DNA of 64,000 bases from an uncultured bacterium (GCA_964619725.1 CAZUFC010000002.1:85773-149772), one strand, 5' to 3'; shown: positions 41,401-55,291, numbered from the stretch's first letter. Notes: generated from the sequence alone by a model not told the origin. Numbers and translations: made by a program.

Positions 41401-44400
41401 TCAGGACTAACGGTCAACTCCACTTCATAAGGACAATAGATTATCGGAACGCTCCTCGTTCCCGTGTTATTGGATTCATCCGTCTCCTCCACCTGATCGA
41501 ATACGTCCGCTTCAGCGGAAAAGATCATATCGCATGCTGCTGTCCATTGTTCGCTTACGGTTTCCGATTCGCCCGCATCAAGACCGAATATGTGCTTGTC
41601 CGTTCCTATCTGCATCGGACCGAATCCATAATCGCCGTAGAACCTGACGTAAAAATCTCCGGTCGGCGTGAACCCGAAATTGTGCACCGTTACCTCAATC
41701 GTTATATCCTCCCCTTCCTCAGGATATTCCGGCATGAAACCGATATCCTGACTCCTGACAACCAGGTCGCAGGAAGGTATCGGCGTCAGGGTAGCGGTAG
41801 GCGTCGGAGTATTCGTTCCTATCGAAGTCGGCGTCGGGGTGCTCGTGGATACAGGCGTCGGCGTCCTCGTCGGACTCATTGTCGGCGAGATTGTCGCTGT
41901 AGGCGTTAATGTAGGCGAGGGCGTCAATGTAGGAGTCATCGTCGGCGTCAACGTCGGGGTCATCGTCGGCGTCGGTGTGGGAACCGCAGCGCATGGATTG
42001 CCAAGCTCTCCCTCATAATTTACGCCCATTACATAAGAAGCTCCCGAACCTTCTCTGGTGTCCAGCCAATTCGCCAAAACGCCGCCCTGTTCATCCTCGC
42101 ATGCGGCTCCACGCACGCACCATCCGCGATGATTGCTTAAAACCACGCCGTTCATACCCCAGGGAATTTCACCGTCAAAAGTGACTCTCTGTGCGCCGAC
42201 ATCATAATTATTCTCCGCCTGCACATAATAGGTAAACATGACGATGGCGCCGCCGGCTCCATCAGTAACCGTACTGTAAGGCGAACAGGAGAGGTCCCAA
42301 ACTGCGCCGAAATCCGTTAATTGTACAGAACCGCCCCATACATCCTGGCCGCTCATGTTTATATGCCGCGCGTAAATGTTGTCGTCGCTCTGATAGAGCC
42401 AGGTTACAATTGCACCGCCTAAACCGTCGGATACAAGGCCATGGGCATGATCGTCCGTCATATCATAGAATATGCAAATGCCATCATCGCTCCACGCGGT
42501 TGTACCATCTGACAACACTCGCTGCATGTACAACTTGCTTTGTATGCCTTCCCGATCGTCCATCCAGAGGAAGTATCCGCCGCCCTGTCCGTCTTTAACA
42601 AGACGCGGACAACGCTGGTTGCCTTCCGCTGCGCAGATGCAGATGCCTGCAGGACCCCAGAGCTTATTGCCGTCAGCATCGAGTTTTTGAGCAAAGACAT
42701 CCTGGTCGTTCGTACCTACTTCTTCAACCCAGGTCGTAAGAATACAGCCTTCGCCGTCCAGACACATCTTGGGCGAAGCCCAATCATCATAACCGAGCAA
42801 AACTCCGTTGCCCCATAACAGTTCACCGTCTGCGCTTATTCTCTGGCCATATGGTCCTAAATCCTCCGCTTGGAAAACGAAAAATGCGCCGCCTTCACCG
42901 TCGGGAAACGGCCACGGGCATGAAGCTTTCATCCAGAACGGCGATATCGCAACGCCTTTGCCCGGCCACACCGGATCGCCATTCGCATCAAGTCTCTGAG
43001 ACCACAGGCGCATGTATTGTTCCTGCCAACTGTATTCAGTCCAGAAGAAAATCGCCCCTCCGGCGCCGTCCGGAATCATCCTGTAACTCCAATCCGCGTC
43101 GTCTCTTAAGCAAACGGGGGTTCCGTTCGGTCCCCACATACGATTGCCCAGTTCGTTGAATTTCTGTGCGTAGACTCCCCTGGGCCAATTTGTCCCTTCA
43201 TAGAAGAACGCGGTTATGAATCCTCCGAAACCGTCGGATATGACTCTTTGTCCGTAGGTCTGCATATTCAACATATTTTTGCAAACGCTTAAATTTTCTT
43301 CAGTGTCTGTGCTCCAGACTGATGGAATAGTAGCTGTAGGAGTCGGCGAGGGGGTGACCGGCGTCGGAGTGCCCAGAGCAGAACAAGGATCGCCGACATT
43401 TCCGTCCAGATCGATTCCCATCAGGTAGAGTTCATAGTAGCCGTCGCGATCATCAGGCCAGCATGCCAGGGCGCCGCCTCCGCCCGTGGAACAGGATACG
43501 CCCCGGACGCATTCCGGACCGGCCAGGTCGTTATCGCCCAGGACAACGCCGTTGATGCCCCACGGCAATGTTCCGTCGACCGTTACGCGCTGAGCCGTCA
43601 CCTCATGGATCAAGTTAACGTCGTCGTACACCGTAAAGAAGGCTACAGCGCCGTTCATGCCGTCTGAAACCGTCTGGTGCGGCGACCAGGCAACATTCGA
43701 AACGTTACCGTGATCAGTCAATTGCACGGCGGAAGTCCAGGCTGCTGCGCCGGACACGTCTATTCGATTCGCATACATGTTATCGTCTGTGTTGGAGAAC
43801 CAGGTAACCAGGGCGCCCCCCGAACCGTCGGAGACTAGAGCATGACCGTTATTAAAGCTTCCGTCCAGCACGCAAACGCCGTCTTCTGTCCAGGCAATGC
43901 TGCCGTCAGCCAACACTTTCTGCATGAACAACTTATGGGTTAAACCGTCTCGAGGATCGATCCACAGAAACAGCGCTCCGCCCGAACCGTCTGATATCAG
44001 CCTGGGACAACTCTGGTTGTTGTCTTCATCACAGATGACCAGATCGTTTTCGCCCCAAAGTTTGGTTCCGTCCGGAGCCAGTCTTTGAGCATAGATATCC
44101 GCGTAAGTCGTTCCTCTTGTTTCATACCAGGTTATTATCGCTCCGCCGGCGCCGTCAGCGACGATTTTGGCGGATTCACCGGACTCGTTGAGTTGAACAG
44201 GTTCAGCCCACACAGATTCTCCAGCGCCGTTAATTCTCAGACAATGTGTGCCGGAACCGTCCAGTTGCCAGATGACGTACGCTCCGTCCACTCCGTCGTA
44301 ATCCATAAACTGACAATATGCTGCTGTTCCCTCCTGGGAAACTCGAATTCCGTTTTCCATCCAGAGCTGAGTTCCGTCCGGCCCGATTCTTTGAGCCCAG

Positions 44401-47400
44401 ATTTCTGTGTTAGAATAATTCCTGTAGTCCTGCCAGGTTATGACAGCGCCGCCTCCTCCGTCAGGACTCACTCTCGGATAATTCTGAGTATTGTTGGCTG
44501 AACAGACGGCAATTCCTTCGCTTCCCCACAAACGATTCCCATATTGATTGAATCTCTGTGCGTATATATCATAACCCGTATCATTTCGCTCTTCATACCA
44601 GACTACGAAATACCCGCCGTATCCGTCTTTGACGAACCTGTGACACCATTGCGGCATCTCTGAGTCGGTGACCTGCAGGTTTTCCGTCGTATCGACGCTC
44701 CATACCGTAGTCGTTTCGACGGTCGGAGTAGGCGTAGGAGTCGGTATATCCGGCGTCGGCGAACCGATCTCACCACACGGATTACCCAGATTACCGTTTA
44801 TGTCCACACCCATCAGGAATAACGCCAGGTCGCCCTCCCGGTTGTCTCTCCATAACGCCAATACTCCGCCAGTTCCCGGCAGACAGCCGACGCCGCGCAC
44901 GCAGGAACGGTACTGGTCATTGTGCGTACTGATAGTAAGACCGTTGGGCCCCCACGGCAAACCTCCGCCCGCCGCAACCCTTTGAGCCGCAATTTCATTC
45001 CTGTCTTCCGTTACGTTATAGTAATCAAATACGGCGATGACGCCGCCCGCATTATCGGATACGGCCTGGTAGGGCGAATAAGTAATTCGCGTGCATTGAC
45101 CGTGATCCGTCATGGCGACAGGTTCTTCCCAGACGCCCCAACCGTCTTCGTCGATGCGCCTGGCGTACATGTTGTCGTCATCCAGCGACTTCCACGTGAC
45201 TATTACGCCTCCGTCTGCATCCGGAACCAACATGTAACCCCAGTCGACTGTAATCATAGGAGTCACTCTTATTCCGTCTAAAGCCCAGGCGAAACTACCG
45301 TCGCTCAATAACTTCTGTATATACAGAACGCTGTAATCAGTGTGCCTTTCATCTTCCCACAGTATAGTCGCTCCGCCCTGTCCGTCGCTGATTATTCTCG
45401 GACACCACTGATGCTCAGCCGCTCCGCATACTTCAACGCCGTCAGCGCCCCACAGCTTGTTTCCATTGGGATCAAGTCTTTGTGCGTAAATATTGCTGTA
45501 ATTCGTTTCATCATCGCAATACCAGGTCAGAATCACGCCTCCAAAACCGTCGCCGACAAGTTTCGTTCCGCTCCAATCGTCAGCGCCCAATTCCACAGGA
45601 TAAGGCCATACCGTTTCTCCCTCCGAATTCACTCTCTGGCAGAAATTCTGTCCGTCATCTTCATTCATGACGACATAAGCGCCGCCCTCTTCATCAGGGA
45701 CGCACCAGGGGCAATAAACATCCATCCAGGTTGGAGAAATCTGCACTCCGCTTTCAGCCCACTGAATTTCACCGTCGACTGATATGCGCTGGCCCCAGAT
45801 TTGATAGGTATTGAGATCGTCGTAATTCCGATAATCAGACCAGAAGAAGATCGCTCCGCCTGCTCCGTCCGAACACAACCTGTAACTCCAACTGTCAGGA
45901 TGCACCAGACAAACGGGCATTCCGTTAGGCCCCCACATCCTGGCGCCTGAGTCATTGAACCGCTGTGCGTATAAACCTTTGCTTCCCGTTTCTCCATCAT
46001 AATACCAGAATACTATATACCCTCCGATTCCGTCAGAAATAATTCTATGAGCATAATCCTGTTCAACCTGGGTCTTGCATAACCGCAAATTGACTTCGGG
46101 GTCTGTGCTCCATTCCGATGGAACCGTAACGGTTGGAGTAGGAGTCGGAACAGGCGGCGTAGGGGTGCCCAATACTGAACAGGGGTCACCCAGAACGCCG
46201 TTGTGGTTGATTCCCATAAGATAGACGGCATCGTACCCGTCCCTGTCGTCCGACCAGCAACCGAGAGCGCCGCCGCCCCCAGTCGAACAGGAGACTCCGC
46301 GAGCGCACTGCCTGTATCCCGCCGTTTGGTCGCACAGCTTGATGCCGTTAATTCCCCACGGCAGAGTCCCGTCAGGCGTAATTCTCTGTGCGGTTATCTC
46401 ATACGAAGTTTCCGTTTCATTGTATACATTAAAGAAGGCTATGGCGCCGTCTAACCCGTCGGATACCGTTTGATCGGGGGAATAAGACAAACTGTCCACA
46501 CTGCCGTGGTCCGTCAAAAGCAGATCGCTCGTCCAAACCGCGGCGCCCGTTGAATCGAAACGTTGCGCATACATATCGCCTTGATCTTCGGCGAACCACG
46601 TGATGATGAAACCGCCGGCGCCGTCTGAAACAAAATCGTGTCCTTGATAAGCATTCCCGTTGAAGACGCACAGGCCGTCTGCAGCCCAGGAGATCGTTCC
46701 ATCGCTTAAAACTTTCTGCATATAAATCATATGCGTCAATGTATCTCTTCGGTCAACCCAGTGGAAGAAAGCTCCACCGGAGCCGTCCGTCAGGATGCGA
46801 GTGCAATACTGCGAATTTTCCGCCTGGCAGATGCAAAGATCGTTTTCTCCCCAGAGTTTACTTCCGTCGGGAGCCAGTCGCTGGACGTAAACGTCGTCTC
46901 CTGTTTCTCCTCTGGCTTCAGTCCAGGTGATTATTGCTCCGCCTGCGCCGTCGGGTTGAATCTTGATGCTTCCATTATAACTGCCGAGGTGAACGGGTTC
47001 AGTCCAAAGGCTTTCACCGGCTCCATTAATTCGCAAACAATGGCAGCCCTCCGCGTTGTCGCCCCAGATGACATAAGCGCCGCCCTGTGTATCAGTTACG
47101 GCATAAGGACAATAGCATCTGTCGGCGGTAGTCGATATTATTATTCCGTTTTCTCTCCACAATGCTGTACCGTCGGGGGCGATATGTTGTCCCCAAATTT
47201 CCCAGAAACTCCCACCGCTGGTTCGATCATCCTGCCAGAAGCAGAATGCTCCGCCGGCGCCGTCAGAACAGATTTTCGCATACTGCTGATTGTTATGCGC
47301 CGCACATGCGGTTATTCCTTCAGGTCCCCACAAACGGTTCCCGTCAGCGTTGAATCTTTGGACCATAATATCATATGAAGTTCCGGAACGTTGTTCGGAC

Positions 47401-50400
47401 CAGGCCGCAATATATCCGCCGTAACCGTCGGAAATGATACGGTGACTTTCCTGATGATTCAGCGATTCGGTGACCTTTAAATTGACGGAAGGATCAGTCT
47501 CCCACACCGTCGTCGGAACAGCAGTGGGCGTAGGCGTGAACGGAACAGGCGTTTGTGTTCCTATGTCGGAACAGGGCGCGCCTAAAATGCCGTTTATATC
47601 TATTCCCATGACGTACAAAGCATCGGGGCCGTTCCGCCAGTCTTTGAAAAGGCTTAACACGCCGCCGCTGTCGTCAGCGCATGCCGCTCCTCTTATGCAT
47701 GAATCTGCAGAACCGGTCGTGCATAAAGCTACTCCATTATCGCCCCAGGGAAGCGCGCCGCCGTTGGTTATTCTTTGAGCGATTACTTCATCTCTGCCTT
47801 CGGAATTATTGAAGGCCGTGAATAAGGCGATAGCGCCGCCGGCGTTGTCGCTCAAAGTGTGATAAGGAGAATAAGCCATATACTGGACATGACTGAGATT
47901 CGTCATGGAAACCCGGCCGCCCCAAGGATCATTGCCGGAGCCGTCTATGCGACGGGCATTCATATTATTGTCGGTCCTTCCTTTCCAGGTTACTATGGCT
48001 CCTCCGGTCCCGTCGGGTACCAGTGAATGCTTGTAACCGTCAAAAGTCATAAAAGTCATTCTCACGCCGTCGGTTTTCCAAAGAGGAACACCGTCGCTTG
48101 AGACCTTCTGCATGTACAATTCGTAATAGCTGTTGTTTCTGAAGTCGCTCCACAGGAATACTCCGCCGCCCTGCCCGTCGGATATAAGCCGGGGGCATCG
48201 CTGTCTGTTGGAAGCCTGACAGATGCATACTCCATCCTGTCCCCAGAGTCCTGTGCCTTCGGGCGTTATCTTTTGAGCATAGATATCGCGATCAGTAGTT
48301 TCATTGTAATCCATCCATACGACTAAAGCGCCGCCCTCGCCGTCGCTGACTATTTTGGCGCTTCCATAATCATAATTTTTTGTGAATTGTATGGGCTGCG
48401 ACCATAATGTTTGTCCGTCCGCATTGATCCTTTGGCCGAATGAACCGTCGCCCTGCCATACCACATAAGCGCCTCCGACGCCGTCCGAAGCGCACCAGGG
48501 GCACCAGGCTTCTTCAAACCAGTAGGGCGAAATACGTTTTCCGTTAGTCGTCCAGGCCGGCGTCCCGTCGCTTTCAACGTGCTGTCCCCATATCTGGTCG
48601 TCTCCGCCGTTTCTGTAGTCTGTCCAGAAGAAGAATGCGCCGCCGGAACCGTCCGTGCACATCCTGTAACCCCAGTCATCTGAAGATTCCAGGCAAACAG
48701 GGAGTCCGTCGGGGCCCCACATCCTGTTACCCAGTTCATTGAACTTCTGAGCGTACATTCCTACGGGCTGGGTATCGCCGTCATAATACCAGGCGATGAT
48801 GTAACCGCCCTCTCCGTCCGAAATGATGCGGTGTCCGTAATCATGTTCGAGTTGAGTCTTGCATACGCTCAGATTCTCCGCAGGGTCGGAGCTCCATACT
48901 GAAGGAACCGTTGCCGTAGGCGTGGGAGACGGCGGCATCGGCGTAGGCGTTCCTGTTCCGATCTGAGTGCACGGATCACCAGGGATTCCGGCAGGACTTA
49001 TCCCCATGAGGTACAAGGCGCTGGTGCCGTTTCTGGAATCCTGCCAGCACGCCAGCGCACCGCCGGCCCCCGTCGAACAGGTAACTGCCCGGGGGCAATC
49101 TTTATCGCTGCTGTGAGAACTCATAACTATCCCGTTTATGCCCCAGGGCAGAGTTCCATCCGGCGAGATACGCTGCGCCGTCATTTCATATACGCCTTCA
49201 ATGCTGTCATATACGGTGAAGAAGACTATTCCTCCGTCCAAACCGTCCGGTACGGTCTGATAAGGCGAAAAGGACATATCGTGAACCAATCCGTGATCGG
49301 TCAACTGTGCCGCAGAAGTCCATATTTCCGTTCCAGTAGAATCGAAACGCTTCGCATACAGGTTGTTCTCCGTTTCATTCAACCAGGTGACGATGACGCC
49401 CGCGCTTCCGTCGGAAACAAATGCATGTCCCAAATAAGCATCATCAGTCGTTATGCACACGCCGTCCGTAGTCCATTCAACTGTTCCGTCCGAAGCGACT
49501 TTCTGAATGTAAAGATTATAAGTCTGTAATCCGGTACGATTATCCACCCAATGGAAAAACGCTCCGCCTGAACCGTCCGGTAGTATTCTCGTGCAGGTCT
49601 GATGATAAGGCTGCTGACATAAGCAAAGATGGTTTTCGCCCCATAATTTCGTTCCGTCGGCAGTCAGCCTCTGAACATAAATATCGCAATTGTCTGTAGG
49701 TCCTTCATTCCAAGCCAGGATGACGCCGCCCTGACCGTCCAGTTCAATTTTATTGCCCCATCCGTTGGCTGCCAATGAAACAGGATCATCCCACAACCAG
49801 TCGCCTTCGTTGTTTATCCTCATGCAGTAAGAACCTGCCGTCTCATCTTGCCATATCAGGAATGCTCCGCTATGTCCGTCAGCAACACAGAAGGGACATT
49901 CAGCGACTACACCGGATTGAGAAATCCTGATGCCGTTTTCCATCCATAGCCTTGTTCCGTCCGAGGCGATGTGTTGACCCCATATTTCCCAGTTCGAGGT
50001 ACCGGCCGTTCTGGCATCCCTCCAGAAACAGAATGCGCCGCCCGTTCCGTCGCTGCAGACTCTCGGCAATTCCTGGCGGTTTGAATCGGCTGTAACGCAT
50101 ATTCCTTCGGGCCCCCATAGCCTGGCGCCGCCGGCATCGAATTTCTGGGCATATATGTCATACTGCGTTCCCGTTCCCGGATCAACGTTCCACACGACAA
50201 TATAACCGCCGTACCCGTCCGATATGATCCTGTGCGACCACTGATTCGATTGTGTTTCCGAAACCCTCAGGTTTTCAGCGATATCCGTGCTCCATACCGT
50301 CGAAACCGAAGGGGTCGCCGTAGGGGGCGGCATGGGTGTGCCGACAGCAGAACAGGGTGCGCCCAGGTTTCCTTCAAAATCGATTCCCTGAACCATAAAA

Positions 50401-53400
50401 TAACTTTCATTCTGAGTTCCAGATCGCAGAATCCAGCATGCCAGAGCTCCGCCCTCGCCGTCAGTATTGCATGATGTACCTCGAACACAGAAACTGCCGT
50501 TGTTGTCCAGATAGCTTAGAACCACTCCATTCATACCCCAGGGCAAATATCCTTCGGATGATATCCTCTGTGCATAAACATCCTCGGTTCCCTTGACGGG
50601 AGAATTCATGGCGTAAAAAGCCACCGCGCCTCCGGCATTATCGCTCACCGTCTGGAAAGGAGAATAAGACACGTTAACGACCATGCCGGTATTCGTCAGC
50701 GCCTTGGCGTTTCCCCAGACATCGTTCCCGTACTCATCCACCTTTCGGGCATACATGTTGTTTTCAGTATCAGACTTCCAGGTCATGACGGCTCCGCCTT
50801 CTCCGTCCGCAACGATGGCATGTTGACTTAAATTGTCTGAACCGACAGAAACCTTAAAACCATTATTGAACCAGGCCGTAGTTCCGTCATGAAGAACCCT
50901 TTGCGCGTAAAGCGCATAATATGAATTACTGCGATAATCCTGCCAGCAGACGTAACAGCCGCCGGCCCCGTCCGATACTATACGCGGACAATACTGAGCA
51001 TAGTCAGCGTCGCATATGCAAACGCCGTCGGGTCCCCACAGCGGAACGCCCGATGCGGTGAATCGCTGAACATAAACGTCATAACTCGTTACGCTGTCTT
51101 CAACAACCCAGCTCACGATAATGCCGCCCAGCTCGTCGCTAATAACTTTATGGCAATTCCAGCTCGCTATGCCGGGCAGACTGTAAGGCGCCGGCCATAC
51201 CGGTTCGCCGTCTGAATCGATGCGCTGGACATGGACTCCTTCGCCCTGCCAGGCTAGAAATGCTCCCCCTTCGCCGTCGGGAACAGGCCACGGACACTCG
51301 GCATCGAAATATGGAGGCGAAATGCGCTTGCCTTCCGGCGCCCATTGGGCTTCTCCCCATACGTCGATATGCTGGGCCCATAACTCGCCGTTTGATCCGG
51401 GATACTTCAAGAAGAAGAAAAACGCTCCGCCCGATCCGTCGGAACACATTCTGTATGCCCAGCTTTCCGGATCGTCGGTACAGACGGCGACGCCCGGTTC
51501 TCCCCATACCCGCTCTCCGAAAGCATTCAGGCGTTGAGCATACAATCCCTGTGGATAATAATTCCCGCCATAAAACCATACAACGATATAACCGCCCAGA
51601 TCATCGGAAATAATTCGATGAGGACGATACATGAATTGTTGCGATCCGCTGACTTTCAAATTGATGTAGGGATCGTCGCTCCAGCCTCCGCCGGGGGTCG
51701 GGGTGAAAGTAGGCGCAGGAGTCCCCGGGGTCGGCGTGCCCACATAGCCGCAAGGATCGCCCAGGTTGCCGTTCAGGTCAATCCCCATTACCGTCAGATA
51801 ACTGCCGACTCCGTAATCAAGCCAGCAGGCCACGCAACCGCCGCCCCCGAAAGAACAGGGAACAGCCCTGGCACACTCGCCCCAGCTCATCGCATTCGTG
51901 TTCAACGCTATGCCGTTGATCCCCCACGGCAATACTCCGTCGTTCGTTATTCGCTGAGCCGTTACTTCATCTATTCCTGTTACGGTATTATACGCTGAAA
52001 ATACTGCTATAGCCCCGTTTAATCCATCTTCAACCGTCTGGTGAGGCGGACGGGAAATATTGTCGACTTCACCGTGATCGGTTAACGGAACGGGTGTCGT
52101 CCAGGCCAAAGTCCCGGATGAGTCGATCCTGGCTGCATACATATTGTTGTCGTTGTCATTCCACCAGGTGATTATGGCGCCTCCGGAACCGTCATGCACT
52201 ACGGCATGACCTTCGCCCGCATTATCGCTTGCCGCCTGAACGCCTTCCGCAGCCCAAACGAAAGTTCCGTCGCTTAAAACCTTCTGTGCATAAAGCGCGG
52301 TATATCCGGAATTTCTCGAATCCTGCCACATAAATATCGCCGATGTTCCGTCCATCGCTATCCTGGGACAATTCTGGTAAAAATCCGTCGGTGAAACGCG
52401 CAGGTCTTCCGCTCCCCAGGTTTTCGTTCCGTCGGGAGCTAATCGTTGAGCATATACATTATAATTCGGGGTCTCTCTCTGATCGCACCACGTTATTATG
52501 GCATTGCCCTGACCGTCTGGTTTGATGACGTGAGAACGAGTATATCCTGATGAAAATTCTGCAGGTTCATCCCATAATATCTCACCTGAATTGCTTACAC
52601 GCTGACAGTAAAGTCCGCTGTAACTGTAATCCAGTATCACATAAGCGCCGCCCTGGCCGTCCGGGGCCGTTATAGAACATTCTGCATTGATGCCCGGTTC
52701 GGAAACGCGGATTCCCGTCTCAGCCCATAATATCTCTCCGTCTGAATCAATGTGTTGTCCATAGATTTCATACGTTCCGCTGCGGTTGTCCGACCAGAAA
52801 ACTATTGCTCCTCCTCTGCCGTCAGAGCATAATTTAGGTATGGCCTGAGAGCCCGAATGATTGCTCACGACTATTCCCTCGTCTCCCCACACCCGGGTGC
52901 CGGACTCGTTGAACTTCTGAGCGTATATGTTGTTGTCCGTTCCGTTATCTTCCTGCGTCCATGCGATAATGTATCCGCCCGATTCATCTTCAATGATCCT
53001 GTGACTCACCTGATCGAATTCCGAATCAGTCACTCTCATGTTAATTTCAGAATCGGAACTCCACGTCATCACAGGCTCAGGGCTTGCCGTAGGTTCAGGC
53101 GTCGTCGTATAAACCGGAGTAGGCGTTCCCGGCTCCGCACAGGGCGCGCCCAGTTCTCCATGGACGTTTATTCCCATTATATAAAGATCGCTGACTCCCG
53201 TTCGGCGGTCATTCCATATGGCCAACATGCCGCCTTCGTCCTCTAAACATCCCGCTGCACGCGGGCAGTCCTTGCTTCCCGTCCCGGCATTGCTTAGGAC
53301 TATCCCGTTCATTCCCCAGAGCAGCGTCCCGGTTCCCGTTATTCTCTGTGCGCAAACTTCATACCTGGTTTCTTCTGAAATGTATAAATTAAATACTGTT

Positions 53401-54617
53401 ATGACGCCTCCGGCGCCGTCCTGAACAGTCTGATACGGAGAGTTTGATACATCGCCCAGAAGTCCGTGATCGGTCAACGCAACCGCTTCTCCCCATACTA
53501 ACCGGCCCTCAGCATCCAAACGATTCGCATACATATTGTAGTCTTCCCCGGAAAACCAGGTGACGATCGCTCCGCCGGCGCCGTCTGCAGCAAAAGCATG
53601 ACCGCCGCTTTGAGTATTACCGTAAAATACGCCCACTCCATCGTCTACCCAGTCGATCGTTCCGTCTGCTAGAACTCGCTGAATGTATATCCGCCAATCC
53701 GATCCGTTTCTCCGGTCTCTCCATAGAAACAGTCCGCCGCCATTCCCGTCTGAAATGACGCGGGAACAATATTGACTATCCTCTTCATTGCATATGCATA
53801 TCCCGGACTCTCCCCATAGCTTTACTCCGTTGCTGTTCAGTCTTTGCACATATACATCGTCATTCGTTACGACATCGGAATACGACCAGCTCAGTAAAAC
53901 TCCGCCGGCGCCGTCCTCGGCCGGCTTTACTCCCCACGCATTCGAATCGCCGTGCACGCAACTGGTCCACAGCACGTTTCCAAGAGAAGATATCCTTTGG
54001 CAATAAATGCCGGAATTGCTGTAAAACGTCGTGTAAGCGCCGCCCTGCCCGTCAGATACGATAAAAGGACAATCTGTTCGAATATTGTAGGGACTTACCA
54101 GATGCCCGTCTTCTCCCCACAGCAGCGTCCCGGAAGCATCGATTCGTTGTACCCAGTTACGGTCATACGTTCCCTGATTATCCTCCCATACGCATATCGC
54201 TCCTCCCGCTCCGTCCGTACAAATCCTGGGTCCCCAAGGATTCACAGCATTGGGACATATCTCGATCCCGTCCGGACCCCACATCCGGGCGCCCGATATA
54301 TCGAACCGCTGAGCAAATAATCCGTCCTCACCTGAATCATACCAGGCGACAATGTAACCGCCGAAACCGTCCGAAATCATCCGATAACTGTACCGATTGG
54401 CTTCGCTCGCCGCTACTTTTAAATTCTCCCCGGGATCAGCGCTCCACGTCGTCGGTAACGTCGCAGTATATGTCGGCGTCACCGTAGGCATTACCGTCGG
54501 TATCTCCGTATATCCCGGCGTCGGTGAAGCGGACGCAAAATCAGTATATCCCTCCGCCATTAATAATACAACCACTAATGCAAATAATTTCAATAATCCG
54601 TGACGATTTCTACTCAT
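35451..54617 (-). CDS. Giant (6388 aa) surface protein: signal peptide, 9 beta-propeller modules, 2 CARDB-led multidomain modules, Pro/Thr linkers, IPTL-CTERM-like anchor
   Basis: Single uninterrupted ORF with GGGGAG RBS, N-terminal hydrophobic signal, internal repeats visible in the translation, and C-terminal [15 protein letters not shown]. Confidence 0.93.
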   Translation of the reverse strand: MSRNRHGLLKLFALVVVLLMAEGYTDFASASPTPGYTEIPTVMPTVTPTYTATLPTTWSADPGENLKVAASEANRYSYRMISDGFGGYIVAWYDSGEDGLFAQRFDISGARMWGPDGIEICPNAVNPWGPRICTDGAGGAICVWEDNQGTYDRNWVQRIDASGTLLWGEDGHLVSPYNIRTDCPFIVSDGQGGAYTTFYSNSGIYCQRISSLGNVLWTSCVHGDSNAWGVKPAEDGAGGVLLSWSYSDVVTNDDVYVQRLNSNGVKLWGESGICICNEEDSQYCSRVISDGNGGGLFLWRDRRNGSDWRIYIQRVLADGTIDWVDDGVGVFYGNTQSGGHAFAADGAGGAIVTWFSGEDYNMYANRLDAEGRLVWGEAVALTDHGLLGDVSNSPYQTVQDGAGGVITVFNLYISEETRYEVCAQRITGTGTLLWGMNGIVLSNAGTGSKDCPRAAGCLEDEGGMLAIWNDRRTGVSDLYIMGINVHGELGAPCAEPGTPTPVYTTTPEPTASPEPVMTWSSDSEINMRVTDSEFDQVSHRIIEDESGGYIIAWTQEDNGTDNNIYAQKFNESGTRVWGDEGIVVSNHSGSQAIPKLCSDGRGGAIVFWSDNRSGTYEIYGQHIDSDGEILWAETGIRVSEPGINAECSITAPDGQGGAYVILDYSYSGLYCQRVSNSGEILWDEPAEFSSGYTRSHVIKPDGQGNAIITWCDQRETPNYNVYAQRLAPDGTKTWGAEDLRVSPTDFYQNCPRIAMDGTSAIFMWQDSRNSGYTALYAQKVLSDGTFVWAAEGVQAASDNAGEGHAVVHDGSGGAIITWWNDNDNNMYAARIDSSGTLAWTTPVPLTDHGEVDNISRPPHQTVEDGLNGAIAVFSAYNTVTGIDEVTAQRITNDGVLPWGINGIALNTNAMSWGECARAVPCSFGGGGCVACWLDYGVGSYLTVMGIDLNGNLGDPCGYVGTPTPGTPAPTFTPTPGGGWSDDPYINLKVSGSQQFMYRPHRIISDDLGGYIVVWFYGGNYYPQGLYAQRLNAFGERVWGEPGVAVCTDDPESWAYRMCSDGSGGAFFFFLKYPGSNGELWAQHIDVWGEAQWAPEGKRISPPYFDAECPWPVPDGEGGAFLAWQGEGVHVQRIDSDGEPVWPAPYSLPGIASWNCHKVISDELGGIIVSWVVEDSVTSYDVYVQRFTASGVPLWGPDGVCICDADYAQYCPRIVSDGAGGCYVCWQDYRSNSYYALYAQRVLHDGTTAWFNNGFKVSVGSDNLSQHAIVADGEGGAVMTWKSDTENNMYARKVDEYGNDVWGNAKALTNTGMVVNVSYSPFQTVSDNAGGAVAFYAMNSPVKGTEDVYAQRISSEGYLPWGMNGVVLSYLDNNGSFCVRGTSCNTDGEGGALACWILRSGTQNESYFMVQGIDFEGNLGAPCSAVGTPMPPPTATPSVSTVWSTDIAENLRVSETQSNQWSHRIISDGYGGYIVVWNVDPGTGTQYDIYAQKFDAGGARLWGPEGICVTADSNRQELPRVCSDGTGGAFCFWRDARTAGTSNWEIWGQHIASDGTRLWMENGIRISQSGVVAECPFCVADGHSGAFLIWQDETAGSYCMRINNEGDWLWDDPVSLAANGWGNKIELDGQGGVILAWNEGPTDNCDIYVQRLTADGTKLWGENHLCLCQQPYHQTCTRILPDGSGGAFFHWVDNRTGLQTYNLYIQKVASDGTVEWTTDGVCITTDDAYLGHAFVSDGSAGVIVTWLNETENNLYAKRFDSTGTEIWTSAAQLTDHGLVHDMSFSPYQTVPDGLDGGIVFFTVYDSIEGVYEMTAQRISPDGTLPWGINGIVMSSHSSDKDCPRAVTCSTGAGGALACWQDSRNGTSALYLMGISPAGIPGDPCTQIGTGTPTPMPPSPTPTATVPSVWSSDPAENLSVCKTQLEHDYGHRIISDGEGGYIIAWYYDGDTQPVGMYAQKFNELGNRMWGPDGLPVCLESSDDWGYRMCTDGSGGAFFFWTDYRNGGDDQIWGQHVESDGTPAWTTNGKRISPYWFEEAWCPWCASDGVGGAYVVWQGDGSFGQRINADGQTLWSQPIQFTKNYDYGSAKIVSDGEGGALVVWMDYNETTDRDIYAQKITPEGTGLWGQDGVCICQASNRQRCPRLISDGQGGGVFLWSDFRNNSYYELYMQKVSSDGVPLWKTDGVRMTFMTFDGYKHSLVPDGTGGAIVTWKGRTDNNMNARRIDGSGNDPWGGRVSMTNLSHVQYMAYSPYHTLSDNAGGAIALFTAFNNSEGRDEVIAQRITNGGALPWGDNGVALCTTGSADSCIRGAACADDSGGVLSLFKDWRNGPDALYVMGIDINGILGAPCSDIGTQTPVPFTPTPTAVPTTVWETDPSVNLKVTESLNHQESHRIISDGYGGYIAAWSEQRSGTSYDIMVQRFNADGNRLWGPEGITACAAHNNQQYAKICSDGAGGAFCFWQDDRTSGGSFWEIWGQHIAPDGTALWRENGIIISTTADRCYCPYAVTDTQGGAYVIWGDNAEGCHCLRINGAGESLWTEPVHLGSYNGSIKIQPDGAGGAIITWTEARGETGDDVYVQRLAPDGSKLWGENDLCICQAENSQYCTRILTDGSGGAFFHWVDRRDTLTHMIYMQKVLSDGTISWAADGLCVFNGNAYQGHDFVSDGAGGFIITWFAEDQGDMYAQRFDSTGAAVWTSDLLLTDHGSVDSLSYSPDQTVSDGLDGAIAFFNVYNETETSYEITAQRITPDGTLPWGINGIKLCDQTAGYRQCARGVSCSTGGGGALGCWSDDRDGYDAVYLMGINHNGVLGDPCSVLGTPTPPVPTPTPTVTVPSEWSTDPEVNLRLCKTQVEQDYAHRIISDGIGGYIVFWYYDGETGSKGLYAQRFNDSGARMWGPNGMPVCLVHPDSWSYRLCSDGAGGAIFFWSDYRNYDDLNTYQIWGQRISVDGEIQWAESGVQISPTWMDVYCPWCVPDEEGGAYVVMNEDDGQNFCQRVNSEGETVWPYPVELGADDWSGTKLVGDGFGGVILTWYCDDETNYSNIYAQRLDPNGNKLWGADGVEVCGAAEHQWCPRIISDGQGGATILWEDERHTDYSVLYIQKLLSDGSFAWALDGIRVTPMITVDWGYMLVPDADGGVIVTWKSLDDDNMYARRIDEDGWGVWEEPVAMTDHGQCTRITYSPYQAVSDNAGGVIAVFDYYNVTEDRNEIAAQRVAAGGGLPWGPNGLTISTHNDQYRSCVRGVGCLPGTGGVLALWRDNREGDLALFLMGVDINGNLGNPCGEIGSPTPDIPTPTPTPTVETTTVWSVDTTENLQVTDSEMPQWCHRFVKDGYGGYFVVWYEERNDTGYDIYAQRFNQYGNRLWGSEGIAVCSANNTQNYPRVSPDGGGGAVITWQDYRNYSNTEIWAQRIGPDGTQLWMENGIRVSQEGTAAYCQFMDYDGVDGAYVIWQLDGSGTHCLRINGAGESVWAEPVQLNESGESAKIVADGAGGAIITWYETRGTTYADIYAQRLAPDGTKLWGENDLVICDEDNNQSCPRLISDGSGGALFLWIDPRDGLTHKLFMQKVLADGSIAWTEDGVCVLDGSFNNGHALVSDGSGGALVTWFSNTDDNMYANRIDVSGAAAWTSAVQLTDHGNVSNVAWSPHQTVSDGMNGAVAFFTVYDDVNLIHEVTAQRVTVDGTLPWGINGVVLGDNDLAGPECVRGVSCSTGGGGALACWPDDRDGYYELYLMGIDLDGNVGDPCSALGTPTPVTPSPTPTATIPSVWSTDTEENLSVCKNMLNMQTYGQRVISDGFGGFITAFFYEGTNWPRGVYAQKFNELGNRMWGPNGTPVCLRDDADWSYRMIPDGAGGAIFFWTEYSWQEQYMRLWSQRLDANGDPVWPGKGVAISPFWMKASCPWPFPDGEGGAFFVFQAEDLGPYGQRISADGELLWGNGVLLGYDDWASPKMCLDGEGCILTTWVEEVGTNDQDVFAQKLDADGNKLWGPAGICICAAEGNQRCPRLVKDGQGGGYFLWMDDREGIQSKLYMQRVLSDGTTAWSDDGICIFYDMTDDHAHGLVSDGLGGAIVTWLYQSDDNIYARHINMSGQDVWGGSVQLTDFGAVWDLSCSPYSTVTDGAGGAIVMFTYYVQAENNYDVGAQRVTFDGEIPWGMNGVVLSNHRGWCVRGAACEDEQGGVLANWLDTREGSGASYVMGVNYEGELGNPCAAVPTPTPTMTPTLTPTMTPTLTPSPTLTPTATISPTMSPTRTPTPVSTSTPTPTSIGTNTPTPTATLTPIPSCDLVVRSQDIGFMPEYPEEGEDITIEVTVHNFGFTPTGDFYVRFYGDYGFGPMQIGTDKHIFGLDAGESETVSEQWTAACDMIFSAEADVFDQVEETDESNNTGTRSVPIIYCPYEVELTVSPEYGETDVGGVAEYVIEVKNGNLGADSFDFEVTGSLSSSWYLISPDPLVLNAGETGQSTMTVNVPADCLTIGTYPFDVTGTSQQLGEDYSDAAQLTVRESVTVSQRLPEDGTITGSRNVMLSWRSSAPGDSWVYYREQGAGDWTVELVGVDQIIHQVELEMLDRNTTYEWYIEFESMCGSETSTVWNFTVDDGVVFAQDVYLYNVLRDYDQHVWTAVTNLDVVSHEATLAVDNPNDELIINFVGPGSEDGAVVLAAGETRNIELVVHAQDIEKRAGSPSEVCFENLMLTLTTEAGDPMTDSAAASVCVAWPEVDFVLSEESSNPDTLVKTCRVTNNGDALTDLDVTAFGGLMGRVLFIPRINHYLLGSEDYLEFYAEPLFQSGETVLSGHLKAEAAGEEDTVFTTFECSAPNSIHEVTVTEPQMCYSMADWYCTNRSEISMPFDLTVGMDEIESAAVYVTFIPYGYVTPHDVDLLINGNLIGELDNIVPDGAYGYEFDPGFLNISPEGTAANVFSIHTDNHNCGHYVVATEAMTVLSMKTAKVYVCAENQAEADAVGPTLPQFCDGYALEIEPRVQSVEILNYAEEPTSVFYPGETAKIRVRGENPHPSYNYNVTYTLKIDTDGDTGSAEYDSHTAGEDWITVLAHNSDSTHDWNWQVPSGSPEITLTVEAHETADYGNCYHCPGWNWGFDVGGGITGFVRSAGTLDPIEGASVTASGGYSDPDGSDANGYYEIKRLPNGTYDVTAGAEGFVPQTLTGLEVLSEILVNQDFELVTPTPTPTPTVTSTPTLSPSPTITATPTLSPTPTLSATPTPTSTGTLTPTVTLSPTPTLSPTTTISPTFTITPTRTPTHFTATPTVTVTPTCSPTRTPSPIPTVTSTPTPLGTYTPTPTPTSSPTPAPDLVIRIQDIAFQPQYPNEGENTTVSATVHNFGGAACGQFDVRFFADDGTGPVQIGADQTAGPLNPGDYAVVIESWTAACDTVISAVADIEDVVAETNESNNTGARNAPIRYCPGAVSLEVIPYHITTDVGGETEYTVRVANGNLGPDAFDFFVTGDIPGSWFELSPDPLVLNAGETDDAVLTVTVPHDCLTIGSYDFEVTGTSQQLLEDYSDTGALTVDTEVEISQRNPFNGTTTGSRDVMFSWQTSAPADSMLYYRKVGAGVWMEAVAGTDTTSHQVELQDLERNADYNWFIYVIGECGTVTSSMWMFTVGNGVVFTQNSYLFTVERDYDQHVWVGVKNEDVISHTVSLHIDNPNDELIVNFVGPGSEDETVVLAAGETRDMELVIHAQDVGREEGEKPDQICFSNIVLWLTADEECDPITDTALTTVCVQWPNIDFLLTEESEDPVTLVKTCRVTNYGDQLTDVSVDAEGGLLSRVIFLPKVGHYRLDTGQHIDFEVEPLFQPGEPLISGDLAAEAAGVQDILPLTFSCDPPRSLFEVVVAEPSICYSMANWFCTNRPVINMNFDVSVGMEEIANAVIYTTFIPHSGVRPHYVDLFINGHLIGELNDIVPDGTYGFAFDPGYLNINPGGTATNTFSIHTQHFNGGHYVVSTNSLAVIIMEAETLYICANDQDEADDIAPTLPQFCAGYTFDLKPRIQGVTILNTEDQPTNVFYPGETAQIRMRVENPHPFYSFDVTHTLKIDTDGNTQTAEYDSHLTGEDWVTTLEHNADEYYSWYWVVPSGAPNIRLTVEAHETPDYENCYDCPGWNWSFQVGGGITGYVREAGTLNPIQGASVTASGGYSDPDGSDEYGYYEIYRLPNGNYSVTAGAAGYVPATIYGLVVEGNVLYNQDFELVTPTVTATPTVTSTPTITSTPTITCTPTLSHTPTVSPTPTLSSTPTLSPTVTVTPTFTLSPTATLSPTVTRTPTVTLSPTVTLSPTVTLSPTVTHSPTCSPTRTPTQSPTATNTPTVTLTATATNSPTTTPTTSPTLSPTPSFTPSQTQTPTAVVIPVTQPIGNLILIIITGFVLVGMHRMKKSSEP
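35555..36012 (-). repeat. Low-complexity Pro/Thr/Ser hexapeptide linker (others at ~38706-39085 and ~41775-41985)
   Basis: (T/S)PTxT(L/x) repeats in the translation; 18-bp periodic GTCGGCG-rich DNA. Confidence 0.9.
36012..41772 (-). repeat. Two ~895-aa duplicated modules (CARDB, Ig/FN3-like, W(Y/F)CTNR/GHYVV domain, carboxypeptidase-regulatory-like domain)
   Basis: DLVVRSQDI...[10 protein letters not shown] (~41772-39085) and DLVIRIQDI...[10 protein letters not shown] (~38705-36012), with long near-identical stretches such as CPGWNW and [12 protein letters not shown]. Confidence 0.9.
41990..54446 (-). repeat. Nine tandem ~460-470-aa modules, each with 8 DGxGG..W blades
   Basis: Module-initial W(S/E)xDxxxN(L/M) at ~54446, 53063, 51683, 50294, 48896, 47504, 46112, 44702 and 43316 (period 1380-1410 bp); each module ends GxLGxPC + PT linker. 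Confidence 0.9.
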
Positions 54618-54730
54618 CTTCTCCCCCTGAATTTGAAAGGAATTGTAAAATTATTATATAAGTTTCAAAAATTTTCGTTATGGGATTTTTTAAAGCAGGA
54701 TCGTTACATGATCAATGATGCCTGTTTTTG

Positions 54731-54759
54731 TTTATAACGTTTTTATTCTGATATTGCAA
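54731..54759 (-). promoter_or_regulatory. Candidate sigma-70 promoter of the giant gene
   Basis: TTGCAA(54759-54754)-17-TATAAA(54736-54731) in an AT-rich upstream region. Confidence 0.45.
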
Positions 54760-55023
54760 GAGACGAAATAAAAATATTTCAGCATTTCACATTTTTCTGA
54801 GCGCTGCTTCTGATTTTGATGGAGTTCTTTTGACTCGGCCCAAAGCCTTCATCATTATTCAAGCCTGCTGCGGCTCACGATTACTATCCGGTGACTGTCC
54901 ATAAACTCGAATCTCAATCCATAATTTACTGCCGGCAAGTCACTGTAAAATGAGGCATGGATCAAAAATGCGTCTATTGAGGTTACAATTTTTCCGAATA
55001 TCCCATCATTTTGTTTCGATTTG

Positions 55024-55109
55024 GATTGCGATCCCGATACCGACCCCGATTACTGAAACAACCTGTCGAAAGTCTTGAAAGAAGCATAAACCCCCATTTG
55101 ATCACTCCC
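55024..55109 (+). repeat. Dispersed degenerate ~85-bp repeat, copy 1
   Basis: GATTGCGATcccGATAC...TTACtGAAA...CTGT...TTGAAAGAAG...TTTGATCA aligns by eye with 63593-63679. Confidence 0.7.
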
Positions 55110-55173
55110 TTAAATGAGAAGGAGAATGCGCCGAATCCCTCTTTATGGAATATCGGATCACAACATCCGTGAT

Positions 55174-55291
55174 GTTTGAATTTTGAACGTAACGTGTTCA
55201 AAATTCAGACGCCTTCATTGAACAGGATTGACCAGAAAATTGTTAAGTTATTGATTTTAAATAAATTTTTATTCATGGCTCGAAAATTGCT
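55174..55291 (+). promoter_or_regulatory. Sigma-54 promoter with IHF site and candidate activator (UAS) inverted repeat
   Basis: TGGCTC-GAAAA-TTGCT at 55276-55291 (GG/GC at -24/-12 spacing). TAAGTTATTGATT at 55244-55256 is the reverse complement of WATCAANNNNTTR. 15-bp inverted repeat at 55174-55188/55196-55210 (14/15 match). Confidence 0.82.

Noticed and set aside
36012-41772. Duplicated modules as a diversity-generating retroelement TR/VR pair
   Set aside because: Both copies are in-frame coding, differences are not visibly adenine-restricted, and no reverse transcriptase is present.
35555-41985. Periodic GTCGGCG-rich tracts as a possible CRISPR or VNTR array
   Set aside because: Degenerate 18-bp coding periodicity with no constant repeat plus unique spacers, and no cas genes.
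54891-54910. GTGACTGTCCATAAACTC, similar to GAGCCTGTCCATAACC at ~59453, as IS/MITE ends
   Set aside because: Too short, with no matching inverted partner, target duplication or transposase visible.
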